Positions 28,933 to 39,318 of a stretch of 63,190 bases of DNA are shown piece after piece. This DNA comes from a virus (taxonomy: Duplodnaviria; Caudoviricetes): positions 1-63,190 of IMG/VR virus record IMGVR_UViG_3300035659_000010. One strand, given 5' to 3'. Positions within the stretch are counted from its first letter, which is position 1; each line of letters starts with the position of its first letter. The notes beneath the pieces were generated by a model. That model did no database searches. It was not told where the DNA came from and saw only the letters and a list, made by a program, of their open reading frames with translations. Made by a program: the position numbers and the translations under genes.

Positions 28933-29636
28933 GCAACATCCTCCGCAATCTTCGCCCGCCGTACCCGGTCTACTCCTCGACGCCGCTCTTCGGCGGGAGC
29001 TTGCCGAGCATCGACGAGATCGGTTCTCCGGACCTGCGCCCGAGCGGGCTCAACCCCTACTACGATCAGTACCGAGGAGCGCGCGGGCGCAACATCGCGG
29101 GCCTGGGAGGCAACAACATGACTGCAGACGTCGGCATCCAAAACTACCCGAACGAACTCGACGCGCTCGCAGAGGCGGACGATGTGCAGGGCAACGGGGT
29201 CTTCGATCCCGCCGGCACGCAGGGGAACATCCACCCGGACTACGGCGTGTTCGCGGACCACATGAACATGCCGGGGTACCTAGTCAGGGACCAGTTCTAC
29301 CAGCCCTCGCAGGTCATCGACGGGACCACGGGCAACCCCGTCATGTACGTGCCAGGCGGAGCGGTCGCGATCGACCAGTCGCAGCTGGACACGATTCGCG
29401 AGCGACAGCTTCTCTGGGAGCTTCCCCCCGGAGTGAGCCCGCAGGGGGTCACGTATCCCGAGGTGTCCGATGGCGGCGGTGACTGGATCCCGCAGGAGTT
29501 CGCGACTGCGATCAACGGGCTCGGTGCCGACGCGCCGTCCTCCGACGCGCAGAGGTCCAAGTTCGGCATCGTCGCCGGGTTCGCCATCGCGGGCGTCGCG
29601 ATCGGCATCTTCGCTGCGACCCTGATGAAGAAGTGA
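28929..29636 (+). CDS. tail-anchored putative virion membrane protein
   Basis: IAGLG, INGLGAD, C-terminal TM + KK. Confidence 0.75.
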   Translation: MSNILRNLRPPYPVYSSTPLFGGSLPSIDEIGSPDLRPSGLNPYYDQYRGARGRNIAGLGGNNMTADVGIQNYPNELDALAEADDVQGNGVFDPAGTQGNIHPDYGVFADHMNMPGYLVRDQFYQPSQVIDGTTGNPVMYVPGGAVAIDQSQLDTIRERQLLWELPPGVSPQGVTYPEVSDGGGDWIPQEFATAINGLGADAPSSDAQRSKFGIVAGFAIAGVAIGIFAATLMKK

Positions 29637-29643
29637 GGAGCAC

Positions 29644-30060
29644 ATGGCGAACGCAAGAAGCATCCTGCCTCACTTTGATGTATTCAGCGCGCCCGGCGTG
29701 AACGTGCCTCCGGGTACGCCGACGCAGGCCGCTGCTGGCGCAGGAGCGCTCGGCAAGTCGCGCTTCTTCGCGCTGAGCCCGGTGATGGCCGCGGTGAAGG
29801 GCCTCGGCGCGGACGATGTGGTGGTGCCTGGCGTTGCGGTCGCCGTGCCGTCGCAGCGCATGGGCGCGGGGGACATCGCGTGGACGATGGCGATCCTCGG
29901 CGTCGCGGGCGCGCTCTGCTACCAGGCAGGCAAGGCCATCGCGCCGTCTCGTCAGGACGCGACCACGTGGGGCTGGATTGGCGTGCCGGTCGGGCTCTTC
30001 ACCGGCGTTCTCGGGCTCGGCGTCATGGGCGTCGTAGCGAACCAGAAGAAGGGCGGCTGA
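29644..30060 (+). CDS. putative virion membrane protein (2 TM)
   Basis: VKGLGAD; two hydrophobic segments; KK tail. Confidence 0.7.
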   Translation: MANARSILPHFDVFSAPGVNVPPGTPTQAAAGAGALGKSRFFALSPVMAAVKGLGADDVVVPGVAVAVPSQRMGAGDIAWTMAILGVAGALCYQAGKAIAPSRQDATTWGWIGVPVGLFTGVLGLGVMGVVANQKKGG

Positions 30061-30063
30061 GAC

Positions 30064-30390
30064 ATGGCGTGCGCACCTTGCATGGCGGGCCTCGGGGCCT
30101 CGTTGAACACGTACAACGGACCGGTGCCTCCGGGCGTACCGAACCCGTACACGGTGATGCTGCACTCGTACCCGACGCGGTTCCACGGTCCGATCTACAC
30201 CCGCCCGCAGTTCGGGCTGGAGTGGGCGACGCGCCCGAACGACTTCGGGATCCAGGATGGGATGATGGGGCTCGGTGAAGATGAGCCGAGCGCTGCGCCT
30301 CCCGCGTGGAAGATCGCCGTCGGGCTCGGGCTCGCTGTTGGTGTCGTGATGCTCGCGATGAAGTACGGGGGACACGCTTCCCGCGTGTAG
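30064..30390 (+). CDS. tail-anchored putative virion protein
   Basis: MAGLG, MMGLG, C-terminal TM. Confidence 0.7.
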   Translation: MACAPCMAGLGASLNTYNGPVPPGVPNPYTVMLHSYPTRFHGPIYTRPQFGLEWATRPNDFGIQDGMMGLGEDEPSAAPPAWKIAVGLGLAVGVVMLAMKYGGHASRV

Positions 30391-30397
30391 CCACAGA

Positions 30398-30745
30398 ATG
30401 TACCGACGCGACAACCAGCAGATGCCGGAGAGCGAGGAGGGCGCGGCCTTCTTCCAGCCGATGACGTTCGAGTCGGAGATGGGCATGGTTCCGCCGCGCG
30501 TGATGGGGCTTCAGCCTGGGATGCTCACCGGCGGCTTCGCCGAAGCACAGGCGCGGGTCAACGCTCCGCGCGTCATGGGACTGAACCCGGACCTGCTCAC
30601 CCGCGGGTTCCCAGGGGCGCGCGGCATGGGAGCAGACGACGAGTCGGGCTATGTGGCCACGGTGGCCGCGATGAATCCCTGGGTCGTCGGCGGCGTCGCT
30701 GCAGCGCTCGGGTTCGGTGGCATGTGTCTATGGAGGAAGCGATGA
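30398..30745 (+). CDS. tail-anchored putative virion protein
   Basis: PRVMGLxP x2, RGMGAD, TM + RKR. Confidence 0.7.
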   Translation: MYRRDNQQMPESEEGAAFFQPMTFESEMGMVPPRVMGLQPGMLTGGFAEAQARVNAPRVMGLNPDLLTRGFPGARGMGADDESGYVATVAAMNPWVVGGVAAALGFGGMCLWRKR

Positions 30746-31884
30746 TCCAAGTTCACGTCCGCGACGGCATCTTCAACGGCGGCGGCTACGGCGGCGGCGT
30801 CTTCGACGGCACGACCATGGGCTTCGGCGGTCTCGGAGCCTCTGGCTGCGGCGAGTCGTCCGGGTGCGGCATCGCTGGCCTCACGGCACCGACGCAGTGG
30901 ACGATCGGGCCGAATGAGTGGCCGTCCACCGTCTCGCAGGCCGTCGTGAAGAGCACGAGCCGGTGGAAGGAGCTTCCGGCGGCGAATCCCGGCATGAAGC
31001 TCGTCACGATCAACGGGCAGGCGAACCTGTCGCCGTGGAAGGTCGGTCAGGTCGTGAACCTGCCGGCGTCCTGGGTGTCCGGGAGCGCGCCATCAGCGAC
31101 AGCTGCCGAGACAACCGGGTTCGCTGTCGACTACTCGGCGCTGCAGCCACAAGAAATAAAACCGTGGCAGATCGAAGTGAACACTCTGCTGGCGAAGGCG
31201 AACGCCACGCTGCTCGTGGTCAGCGGACTGATTGACGCGGCGACATGTGGAGCGGCGCACGCCTTCCTGTCCGCTACCCCTGCCCAGCAGGAGGCGTTTT
31301 CGGTCTACCACCCGAATGTCATGGAACTGGCACCACTGATCCTCGCGGCGTGCAAGATGCCGCCGGTCACCCCAGCTACTCCTTCAGGGCCATCGACGCC
31401 ATCGACGCCATCGACGCCATCGACGCCATCGACTGTGAACCCGTTCGTGGCGATCTGGGCCAGTGCCGGGCTCAACCTGGCGAGCGAGGCGGCGAGGCTC
31501 GGACACGAGCCGTGTTTCGTTCGCGCCTCGGACATGAGCAGCCCGGTGGTAGCCGAGATGCAGCGCACCATGAACGCGCTGCTGCAAAAGAACGACTTCA
31601 AACCGATCCCGGTGAACGGGAACTGGGATGGCCAGACCTGTGGGGCGCTCTTCGCCCTCACCGGCAAGTGGGACCCGGACATCAGCCTGTGTCAGATCGC
31701 GGGGCGCGATGACGTCGGCGGCTGGCAGGTGCCGGCGGGGTGCAAGGCTGGCGTCCAGCCGATTGCTCCGACGCCGGTACATCCGGACGATAAAAAGAAG
31801 ACTGGGAGCACGATGGCCTGGATGCTCGGCGGCCTCATCGGGGCTGCCGCGCTCGCTGGCATCTACGCCTCCAGGAAGAAGTGA
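30742..31884 (+). CDS. tail-anchored protein with LysM-like and peptidoglycan-binding-like domains
   Basis: FGGLG; WKELPAANP...KVGQVVNLP; VAEMQRTMN...VNGNWDGQTCGAL; TM + RKK. Confidence 0.7.
   Translation: MIQVHVRDGIFNGGGYGGGVFDGTTMGFGGLGASGCGESSGCGIAGLTAPTQWTIGPNEWPSTVSQAVVKSTSRWKELPAANPGMKLVTINGQANLSPWKVGQVVNLPASWVSGSAPSATAAETTGFAVDYSALQPQEIKPWQIEVNTLLAKANATLLVVSGLIDAATCGAAHAFLSATPAQQEAFSVYHPNVMELAPLILAACKMPPVTPATPSGPSTPSTPSTPSTPSTVNPFVAIWASAGLNLASEAARLGHEPCFVRASDMSSPVVAEMQRTMNALLQKNDFKPIPVNGNWDGQTCGALFALTGKWDPDISLCQIAGRDDVGGWQVPAGCKAGVQPIAPTPVHPDDKKKTGSTMAWMLGGLIGAAALAGIYASRKK
31390..31434. repeat. 9-bp tandem repeat CCATCGACG x5 encoding a Pro-Ser-Thr linker
   Basis: direct reading; last unit ends in T. 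Confidence 0.9.
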
Positions 31885-31891
31885 GGAGCAC

Positions 31892-32722
31892 ATGACCTAC
31901 GGACCTATCGCATACGAGGACTTGTCCCTGCTGAACGCGCAGTGGTCGCAGGCGCGACCGCCGATGGCTGGACTCGGCTCGACCTGGGGGCAGCACGAGT
32001 ACCGCGATCTCTCGTACCTGAACGCGCGGCTGCGTCCTGGCATGCCGGCACAGGTCGGGATGGGACCGGGCGGCATGGGAGGCGGAAGTCTCGGCGGAAA
32101 CAGCCTGGGGATCATGGTGGACGGAGAGGAGCGTCCCGGCGGCGTCGTCGTCGATGAATACGGGCTCGCGATCCCGTCCGCTAATCAGGAGTCCCCGACT
32201 CCGTCCGACGACATCTCACACGACTACACGCCGCCGGACTACGTTTCCGAGTACGTCGCGCCGACGACGAATACCGCGTCCACCGGACTTGCGCTCAAGT
32301 CTCCCGACTCGCGCGTCTCGGAGCTTCAGGGGCTGCTGAACCGAGTGCTCACGGCGAACGGGTACAATACCCTCGGTACGCCGGACGGGAAACTCGGCAA
32401 GGGGACATGCGGCGCGATCGACTGGTATCTGACTACCGGACACTCGCTGGCCTCTGCCAGTACCGCGCAGCAGATCCAGGCGAACCTCGCGTACACAGGC
32501 GCTCTGTACGACGCGGCTTGCGCAGGTAAGTCCCCGTGGACTTCTCCAAGCAAGCGTTCAACAGCGTCAACGACCAAGACCGATACCACTACAAACAAAA
32601 AATCGTCTACGGCCAGCGTGCTCGGCGGTGGCGGAGGCACGAACTGGATGCTGTACGGCGGCGCGGTCGCTGCGATCCTCGTTGGCGGCGCGCTCGTCTA
32701 CCGTGCGTCCAAGAAGAAGTGA
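31892..32722 (+). CDS. tail-anchored protein with PGBD-like domain
   Basis: MAGLG; VSELQGLLN...PDGKLGKGTCGAI; TM + KKK. Confidence 0.75.
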   Translation: MTYGPIAYEDLSLLNAQWSQARPPMAGLGSTWGQHEYRDLSYLNARLRPGMPAQVGMGPGGMGGGSLGGNSLGIMVDGEERPGGVVVDEYGLAIPSANQESPTPSDDISHDYTPPDYVSEYVAPTTNTASTGLALKSPDSRVSELQGLLNRVLTANGYNTLGTPDGKLGKGTCGAIDWYLTTGHSLASASTAQQIQANLAYTGALYDAACAGKSPWTSPSKRSTASTTKTDTTTNKKSSTASVLGGGGGTNWMLYGGAVAAILVGGALVYRASKKK

Positions 32723-32734
32723 ATCGAGGATCGC

Positions 32735-33376
32735 ATGATGCACTACGGCACGATGGCTGGACTCGGAAGCGGAAGCCTCTCCGGGAACTCACTCGGCATC
32801 GCCGGGCTCGGTACTACGTCGACCTGGATCGGCTGGTACAACCAGGCGAGCGCAGAGCAGCAGGACGAGTTCGATACCGCCGCGGAGGTCATCGACGCTG
32901 GCGGAGCAGTTCCAGACGACGTGTCGGATGCCGTGCGCGAAGCTCTCGTGATCTATAAGGCGGCCGGCGGGCGCGCCGATCTGGTGCCAGCGTCCCATGA
33001 CTTCACTGCCGCCCAAATCACAGCTGCACAGCAGTTCGTGAACACCGCGCTCGCGAAGGCCGGCTACAAGCAGATCGACGCCGACGGAAAGCTGGGTCCC
33101 GCGACATGCGGCGCGATTATTTGGTACCAGGAAAACGTCGACTCAAAGAGCGGCATTTCCTTCATGGCCGAATGCGCGACGCGGGAGATGACGAACCCGC
33201 CGCGCCCCCCAACGAAGCTCTCCTCTGGAGGTGAGGACGGAGGTGACGGAGGGGCTACGGTGCCGTCGGTCAAGCCAAAGGACCCCGCCCAGGCCAACAT
33301 GCTGTTGTATGGTGGCGCGCTTGCCGCCATCGTCGTCGGCGGCGCGCTCATCTACCGCGCATCCAAGAAGAGGTGA
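32735..33376 (+). CDS. tail-anchored protein with PGBD-like domain (paralog of previous)
   Basis: MAGLG, IAGLG; DADGKLGPATCGAI; near-identical tail YGGA.AAI.VGGAL.YRASKK. Confidence 0.75.
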   Translation: MMHYGTMAGLGSGSLSGNSLGIAGLGTTSTWIGWYNQASAEQQDEFDTAAEVIDAGGAVPDDVSDAVREALVIYKAAGGRADLVPASHDFTAAQITAAQQFVNTALAKAGYKQIDADGKLGPATCGAIIWYQENVDSKSGISFMAECATREMTNPPRPPTKLSSGGEDGGDGGATVPSVKPKDPAQANMLLYGGALAAIVVGGALIYRASKKR

Positions 33377-33382
33377 GAGCCC

Positions 33383-33748
33383 ATGCCGACGGCCATCCAG
33401 AGGGTCCAGCAGCGTCTCGGTGTCCAGCAGAGCGGACGCTGGGATAGTCCCACGGACGGAGCCATCCTCGCCTTCCAGCAGACGGCGAAGGGAGCGACGT
33501 ACGCGATGGATCCGCACGGACATCCGGATCCAGCGACGCTCGTGAACCTCGGGTACTACGCGCCAGCGGACATCTTCACGGACGAGTGGACGGCCTACCT
33601 CTCGGGAGGGGCGAAGCCGGGCCACTTCGGGCGCGACGTGCGAGCCTCGATCGATCAGGTGCCGCGGTGGGCGTGGGCAACGCTCGCCGTAGGTTTCGGC
33701 ATCTTCGCGTACATGGCGTACAAGACCGACAAGAAGCGGGGCAAGTAG
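33383..33748 (+). CDS. tail-anchored PGBD-like protein
   Basis: IQRVQQRLGV..SGRWDSPTDGAILAFQ; TM + KKRGK. Confidence 0.7.
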   Translation: MPTAIQRVQQRLGVQQSGRWDSPTDGAILAFQQTAKGATYAMDPHGHPDPATLVNLGYYAPADIFTDEWTAYLSGGAKPGHFGRDVRASIDQVPRWAWATLAVGFGIFAYMAYKTDKKRGK

Positions 33749-33751
33749 CTC

Positions 33752-34663
33752 GTGTACACCGAGAAGCTCGCCAACATGTACGCGGACCTCATGGGTCGCC
33801 CCAGCATCCCGTGGGACAAGCTGGAGGCGGACGGTCACGGGCTCTCCGCTGGCAAGTACGACTCCGCGTACCATGCGTACCTCGATGTTGCCTTCTTCGC
33901 CTTCCTCGATGTCGTCTACGGCGTAGACGGGAAGCCGGCGCTCAGTGAGGAGTTCCGAGGCAAGTACAAGACGATCCGCGCGAAGGACGCGCGGAGCGCT
34001 CTCGGTGAGATGATGACACTGATCGAGCAGGTAGGGGCCGACGTCTGGACCGCGGCCAAGAACGGCGACTGGGGCGATGCGGTGAACTTTCCGAGGACCC
34101 TGGCTATGGATTCGTTCGCGACGTTCGCTGCCAACGCCGTGAACAACTTCGCGATGCACAACTCCGGCGTCATGGAAGCGGCCATGCTCAACGGAAACAT
34201 CACCCCGGAAGAGGTGATGGCGCACGCGAACTCCACGGTGCAGACATTCGCCTCGTTCGTTGACCTGAACAAGTCCGGTGACCTGGATCAGTTCAAGAAG
34301 GAGCCGCCTGTCGCTGGGATGGGCATCGCTCCCATCGTCATTGGCGGCTGGGCTCTCGCGGCGCTCGGCATCGTCGTGGTGCTCGGCGCTTGCTACATGG
34401 TCTACGTCCTCAAGATCGCAGCCCCGATCCAGAACAAGGCCATCGAGTACTGCGACCAGCTGGCCAAGTCCGGCACCAACGAGGACAAGCGAACGTGCCT
34501 CGCCGCGCTCCAGAAGATCCAGGAGAACGGGAACGCCGATCTCCTCGGTTTCTTGGGCAAGGCGATCAGTCCGATCGTGTGGGTGGCTGCCGTCGGACTC
34601 GGCTTGTACGTGGCGGCCATGGTCCTGCCAGGGATGCTCGCGCGTCGGAGGATGACGGCATGA
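33752..34663 (+). CDS. membrane protein (2 TM)
   Basis: VAGMG precedes first TM; C-terminal TM + RRR. Confidence 0.7.
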   Translation: MYTEKLANMYADLMGRPSIPWDKLEADGHGLSAGKYDSAYHAYLDVAFFAFLDVVYGVDGKPALSEEFRGKYKTIRAKDARSALGEMMTLIEQVGADVWTAAKNGDWGDAVNFPRTLAMDSFATFAANAVNNFAMHNSGVMEAAMLNGNITPEEVMAHANSTVQTFASFVDLNKSGDLDQFKKEPPVAGMGIAPIVIGGWALAALGIVVVLGACYMVYVLKIAAPIQNKAIEYCDQLAKSGTNEDKRTCLAALQKIQENGNADLLGFLGKAISPIVWVAAVGLGLYVAAMVLPGMLARRRMTA

Positions 34664-35001
34664 TCTACTCCCGATGGAAGCCGGACACGGGCGGGTTCGA
34701 GTACCTGGAGGTGCCAGGCAGCCACAACATCAATGACGATCTGCCGACGCCGGAGCTTCGGCCGGCGACGAAGATCGGTGTGCCGTCCATCGAAGCAGGG
34801 CGTCCTGTGCCTCCCGGAGCGCAGGTGGTCGGGGAGGGTGATGCCGCTGTAGGCGTCATCGCGCCAGTCGATCGGGCGCGCATCGTCCGCAGGACACGTT
34901 CCCTGGCCGGGCTCGACGGTGGCCCGTCATCGACGGTACTCTGGTTCGCTGCGGGAGCCGCCGGTGTGGCGCTGCTCTGGTACGTCGCAAAGAAGAGGTA
35001 G
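34660..35001 (+). CDS. tail-anchored protein
   Basis: ATGA overlap; LAGLD; TM + KKR. Confidence 0.7.
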   Translation: MIYSRWKPDTGGFEYLEVPGSHNINDDLPTPELRPATKIGVPSIEAGRPVPPGAQVVGEGDAAVGVIAPVDRARIVRRTRSLAGLDGGPSSTVLWFAAGAAGVALLWYVAKKR

Positions 35002-35008
35002 CTCGTTC

Positions 35009-35575
35009 ATGGTACTTCGGGTCGTCGATACCAAGCCGCAGGCGATCAAGACGTTCGAGACGTTCTACGCCCGCGCACCAGCGAAGGAGATCGAGTTCTC
35101 CTTCACCTGGCCGAAGCAGATGCAGGAGATCGGCGTCGGCGGCGCGGAGATGTACCGCTCGAACAAGTGGAAGAAGAACCTGTCCGAGTACGAGGACTAC
35201 AAGCATGTCGACGAGGGGAGCCGCACGATCTACGCGGAACCTGGGTTCCTGCGACCGTGGGGCAGCCCCTCCAAGAAGATCGAGGTCGTCGGACCGATGG
35301 TGAAGTTCGACCCGCCGATGCCGAAGCACTTCACGCAGCTGGGCCCACTGCTCGGGGTGCAGGTGCGTCTGTATCGGGAGTCGGACGACGGTGACTTCGT
35401 GCTGCGCAAGGACGACGAGGGGCTCTTCGAGGTGTCCGTTGCTCGCGCCTGGCTCGGGGCGACGAAGCACCCGAAAACCGGGGAGACATTCCTGTTCGTC
35501 TACACCCCGGACGGGGTGCACATGATCCTGACCGGGGGCTCGCTGACGATCGGCAAGGACGGGATCGCGGGATGA
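35009..35575 (+). CDS. soluble beta-rich hypothetical protein in structural module
   Basis: MVLRVVD start; no TM. Confidence 0.7.
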   Translation: MVLRVVDTKPQAIKTFETFYARAPAKEIEFSFTWPKQMQEIGVGGAEMYRSNKWKKNLSEYEDYKHVDEGSRTIYAEPGFLRPWGSPSKKIEVVGPMVKFDPPMPKHFTQLGPLLGVQVRLYRESDDGDFVLRKDDEGLFEVSVARAWLGATKHPKTGETFLFVYTPDGVHMILTGGSLTIGKDGIAG

Positions 35576-37662
35576 CTTTCTCCAGCGGCCGCGGCCCGCA
35601 CATCTGGGTGCCTCGGCGGCTGTCTGGGCTCGGGCAGGCTCCGGGCGGCAAGTACATCATCCCGGCGACCATCGGAACGATCGAGGCCGTCACCGCGGCT
35701 GGAGCGTCGGCTCCCGCGTTCGTGAGGAGCGTGGCTCCCGGAGCGCAGGGGTACATACCTGCGTCGGTCGCGAGTTCCCTGCCGCGAACGTGGGTGCCGC
35801 TCGTTGACCCGACCACGAGCCAAGGACAATCCGCGCTCGGGCAGTGGGCGAAGGACCAGGCGCTCACTTTCGCGGGGAGCCAGATCGGTCCAGGCATCGA
35901 AGCTGGCCGACGCATGTACGAGGAGAAGCTGTCGGCTGCCGGCAGGCCAGTGGTGGCAGAGATCCGCTCGGCGATGCCCCAGGATGACATCAGCCAGTGG
36001 GGCTACGAATACCTGCTGCACCACCCGGAACTGTTCACTCAGGCTCCGACGCCAGAGGCGGCCGTCGCGATGGCGCAGGCTTTCATCGCGGCGAACTGCG
36101 ATCGAATTGGTCTGCCTCCCGAGTTCATTGCCGCCTCGACGCTCATCCACAACTTCCCCACAACTGTGGAGAACGCGGAGCAGTGGGGGGTCACGCTCGG
36201 GACCGCGTACCTCTCGCAGTTCGGGGTGCCCATCATCACGGATGCGAACCCGAATACCTTCCTCGGTTCCTGTGCCAGAGGCGCGATTGCACAGACGTTC
36301 CCCGGCATCCCGCTTGGGTTGTGCGAGGCGACCTACGGCTCTCTCAGCAACGGGTCGATCAATTTCGACGAAGCGCAAGGGCTTGTCATCCAGGCATGTG
36401 GCTGGATCGCTGGCGCTGTCGGGCAGGCTTTCGGGCTCCCGGCTCCGATCGGAGCAGTACTCGGGCAGGTCATTGCGAGCGTGCTCGTCCCCATCATCTC
36501 GGACGCGCTCGGTTTCGGTCCGAGCGATAGCGAGAAGCTGAACCGTGCGCAGGAGGCAGCGTCACGAGCCGCTGCGTCGGCAACCGTCGCCTGCACCGAA
36601 CTCGCCCGCGCGCTGTGGCTCCAGTACCAGCACTACTGGGAGTCGATGCAAGGCAACCTGCAGACGCTGATGCGAGCGAACCTGGAGTGGCTGGTCACCA
36701 GCGGTAGCTGCGGCCTGAACGACGGCGTTCGTTTGTTCCCGGCGTCATCTCCCAGCGCGGACACGCTCGACATCGTGAGAGACCCATCGGGGGCCGCGAT
36801 CTTGCTGAACGAGAGCGACGTGCGAGCGAAGCGCGCTCGACCGAAGTACATGCGGTACCAGAGACCCGTCGTCGGTCGTGGTTGCGTGCTGCCGCTCGGC
36901 TGCCCATACGGCGCGTACGGCATCGACGGTGTCGTGAATCGCGACAAGTACGATCTCTCCATGGGAGAGTTAAAGCAGGCACATGTTCCTGTGATCAGTC
37001 AAGGCGGGTACGCCGCGTGCGACGCGCTCGGGGCGCTCGCGTTCTGGAACGCGCGCCGGTACGTGACGCCGTATCAGATCGTTCTCGCCATGTACGGCGA
37101 GGAATACGCGCGGGAGACCGGGACCGGCTACGACAACAAGCTCGCCGGTCGCTTGAACATGTGGGTGCAGCGCTACGGCGCGTACCAGGGGAGCCAGATG
37201 GATTCGCGTACCCAGCCGCACTGGGAAGGCGTGGTGCACTCCGATGAGGAGTACCTGCAGTTCATCGGGCGCGTGCGGACCACCGGCAGCGCTGGCGAGA
37301 GCGTCGGCGACTGCATGACGCCTCAATGGGCGACGTACCTGTCCGGTTCGCTGCAGCAGGCAGCGGCGGCGTCGGCGCTCGTGCAGCGCGATGTGACTCG
37401 AACGGTGTTGTCCAACATCACGCAGTACAAGATCCAGCGGCAGATGGAGGAACTGACGGGCAATCAATGGAAGGTCGCGAGCGCGGCGCAACAGCGAGCG
37501 GCCGTACGAGCGGTCGCGGCCCGAGCCGCTTCGTTCCGTACGGCGATTCGCGAGGCGAAGCGAAAGGGCGCGGAGCACAGAGACATGCTCAACTACAGCC
37601 TTCTAGCTGCCGGAGGCGCCGCCCTCGCTGGGTGGGCCGTCTCCAGGAGAAGCAGACGATGA
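35572..37662 (+). CDS. large tail-anchored protein
   Basis: LSGLG near N-terminus; internal hydrophobic hairpin; TM + RRSRR. Confidence 0.75.
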   Translation: MTFSSGRGPHIWVPRRLSGLGQAPGGKYIIPATIGTIEAVTAAGASAPAFVRSVAPGAQGYIPASVASSLPRTWVPLVDPTTSQGQSALGQWAKDQALTFAGSQIGPGIEAGRRMYEEKLSAAGRPVVAEIRSAMPQDDISQWGYEYLLHHPELFTQAPTPEAAVAMAQAFIAANCDRIGLPPEFIAASTLIHNFPTTVENAEQWGVTLGTAYLSQFGVPIITDANPNTFLGSCARGAIAQTFPGIPLGLCEATYGSLSNGSINFDEAQGLVIQACGWIAGAVGQAFGLPAPIGAVLGQVIASVLVPIISDALGFGPSDSEKLNRAQEAASRAAASATVACTELARALWLQYQHYWESMQGNLQTLMRANLEWLVTSGSCGLNDGVRLFPASSPSADTLDIVRDPSGAAILLNESDVRAKRARPKYMRYQRPVVGRGCVLPLGCPYGAYGIDGVVNRDKYDLSMGELKQAHVPVISQGGYAACDALGALAFWNARRYVTPYQIVLAMYGEEYARETGTGYDNKLAGRLNMWVQRYGAYQGSQMDSRTQPHWEGVVHSDEEYLQFIGRVRTTGSAGESVGDCMTPQWATYLSGSLQQAAAASALVQRDVTRTVLSNITQYKIQRQMEELTGNQWKVASAAQQRAAVRAVAARAASFRTAIREAKRKGAEHRDMLNYSLLAAGGAALAGWAVSRRSRR

Positions 37663-37829
37663 GCGCCGCCGTGCAGAAACCAACGCTGACGCAGGAACAG
37701 AAAGATTTTCTGGCAGTCGTTAGCGCTCTGTCTCAGCAAGAGAAAGCGGAGGTGCGTCTCACTTCCGCTGGCGTCGCCGGGCTCGGACTGCTGACTGCCG
37801 CCGCGTACCTGATCTGGAGCAAGCGATGA
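37659..37829 (+). CDS. small tail-anchored protein
   Basis: ATGA overlaps both ends; TM + KR. Confidence 0.6.
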   Translation: MSAAVQKPTLTQEQKDFLAVVSALSQQEKAEVRLTSAGVAGLGLLTAAAYLIWSKR

Positions 37830-38932
37830 GCTTCTCTGGCCTTGGAGGTGGATGGGTTGAGATGCCGCTGCCCGTAGCTGGGCAGTACGACTATCTCAGC
37901 GGAGGCGTCGGACTTGCTGAGCTTCAACGCCTGGCTACCGAGGTTGTCGATTTATTGATCAGCGGGAAGGCCGGCGCTGTCCGTGGTCTTATCCCGTATG
38001 GCAGCGCCAGCGCGTACCAGTGGACCGACGCGAACCGCACTTACGTGCCGGCCAACCCTCTCATCGCAGCAATCTGGAATGGGCAAATCGCCTCGGCGCG
38101 TTTGCTGGCTGCTCTCGTGGTCAACACGCTTGTGCGAGAGCAGGCGACGAAGGCCCCGAAGGATCGCAAGTCCGCTCAGTCTCTTGCGTGGGACGTTGTT
38201 CCGCGTCTTACGAGCACGCTCCTGAACGGTGGCGACCCAGCCGGATGTCTGATGACTCTGCAGGACGGAATGAACGCCTGGAGCGGCGTTGCCAACGTCG
38301 TCGAGGTCACGCAAACATCCGTCCAGAACGGCAGTAGCCGCACGCTGAGTTACTGGTGCGATCGAGAATTTATTCTCTCCAGCAGCACTCCGTGTCAGCC
38401 AGATGCGATCTGTAAATGGAAAGTGGACGGAAGCGGAGTCCCGCGCCCTGTTGTTGTTCCGAAGCCAGCGGCAGACGCGATCCTCGCGCCGAAAACGGCA
38501 GCCTCCAATGCGCCGCAGCCGCCCCCGACGCATGCGCAGGTCGATGCGATCGTCACGCAGAAGATGGCTGACGAGGGACAAAGTCTTGAGCACATGGAGT
38601 CCGTACAGGAACTCCAAGAGCTAGCCATATACCTGGGCGCGCTGGCGCAAGCGCGCCAGTGGCTGACTCTCGGTCTGCATATTCCTGCGGGCGCTACCGA
38701 CGCGCAGGTCTGGGCCGCGCTCAAGGCACGCGACATCGATCCGGCGGAAGCGCTCGACTGGTTCTTCGGGTGCGATGCCGGAGCGGACTGTTTCCGCGAA
38801 CGCATGAACCGCGCGCTCGGTGAGGCCGAAGAGCGTGCGCGAAGCAAACGCACGAAGCTCATGGTTGGCGTCGGCGCTGCTGGGGCCGCACTGGTTGCCA
38901 TCCTCGCGCTCCGTAGTAGAGGGGGTCGCTGA
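37826..38932 (+). CDS. tail-anchored protein
   Basis: MSFSGLG; C-terminal TM + RSR. Confidence 0.7.
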   Translation: MSFSGLGGGWVEMPLPVAGQYDYLSGGVGLAELQRLATEVVDLLISGKAGAVRGLIPYGSASAYQWTDANRTYVPANPLIAAIWNGQIASARLLAALVVNTLVREQATKAPKDRKSAQSLAWDVVPRLTSTLLNGGDPAGCLMTLQDGMNAWSGVANVVEVTQTSVQNGSSRTLSYWCDREFILSSSTPCQPDAICKWKVDGSGVPRPVVVPKPAADAILAPKTAASNAPQPPPTHAQVDAIVTQKMADEGQSLEHMESVQELQELAIYLGALAQARQWLTLGLHIPAGATDAQVWAALKARDIDPAEALDWFFGCDAGADCFRERMNRALGEAEERARSKRTKLMVGVGAAGAALVAILALRSRGGR

Positions 38933-39318
38933 TGCCGGTACGCGATGTTCCCGTGTCTGTGCGCACCGCCGTGGCAGCGAGAGCCGAAACGGCGCAGACG
39001 GAGCGCGACGCGCGGAAGTGGGCGTACCTTCTGATCCTGCTGCAAGAGGCAGGCGTCGATCCGGCGAAGGTGCCGCCTGAGCAGTTGAAGTACGCGCTCA
39101 TGTCGCCGTACGAGCGGCACGGGTACACGCAGCAGTCCGTCGAAAGCTGGGTCAGCATGTGCGATCCAGCCGTCAAGCCGAAGTGGAACGAGATCGACTG
39201 CTTCCGAACACAGGCACGCGCGGCGCTGAAGCGCCCCTCTTCTCTGGGGAGACGTGTCGCGCTCGTCGGCGGGGCGGCGTTTGCCGCGGCTTTTCTGCTG
39301 ACGCGCTCACGTACGTGA
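38932..39318 (+). CDS. tail-anchored protein
   Basis: C-terminal TM + RSR. Confidence 0.65.
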   Translation: MPVRDVPVSVRTAVAARAETAQTERDARKWAYLLILLQEAGVDPAKVPPEQLKYALMSPYERHGYTQQSVESWVSMCDPAVKPKWNEIDCFRTQARAALKRPSSLGRRVALVGGAAFAAAFLLTRSRT

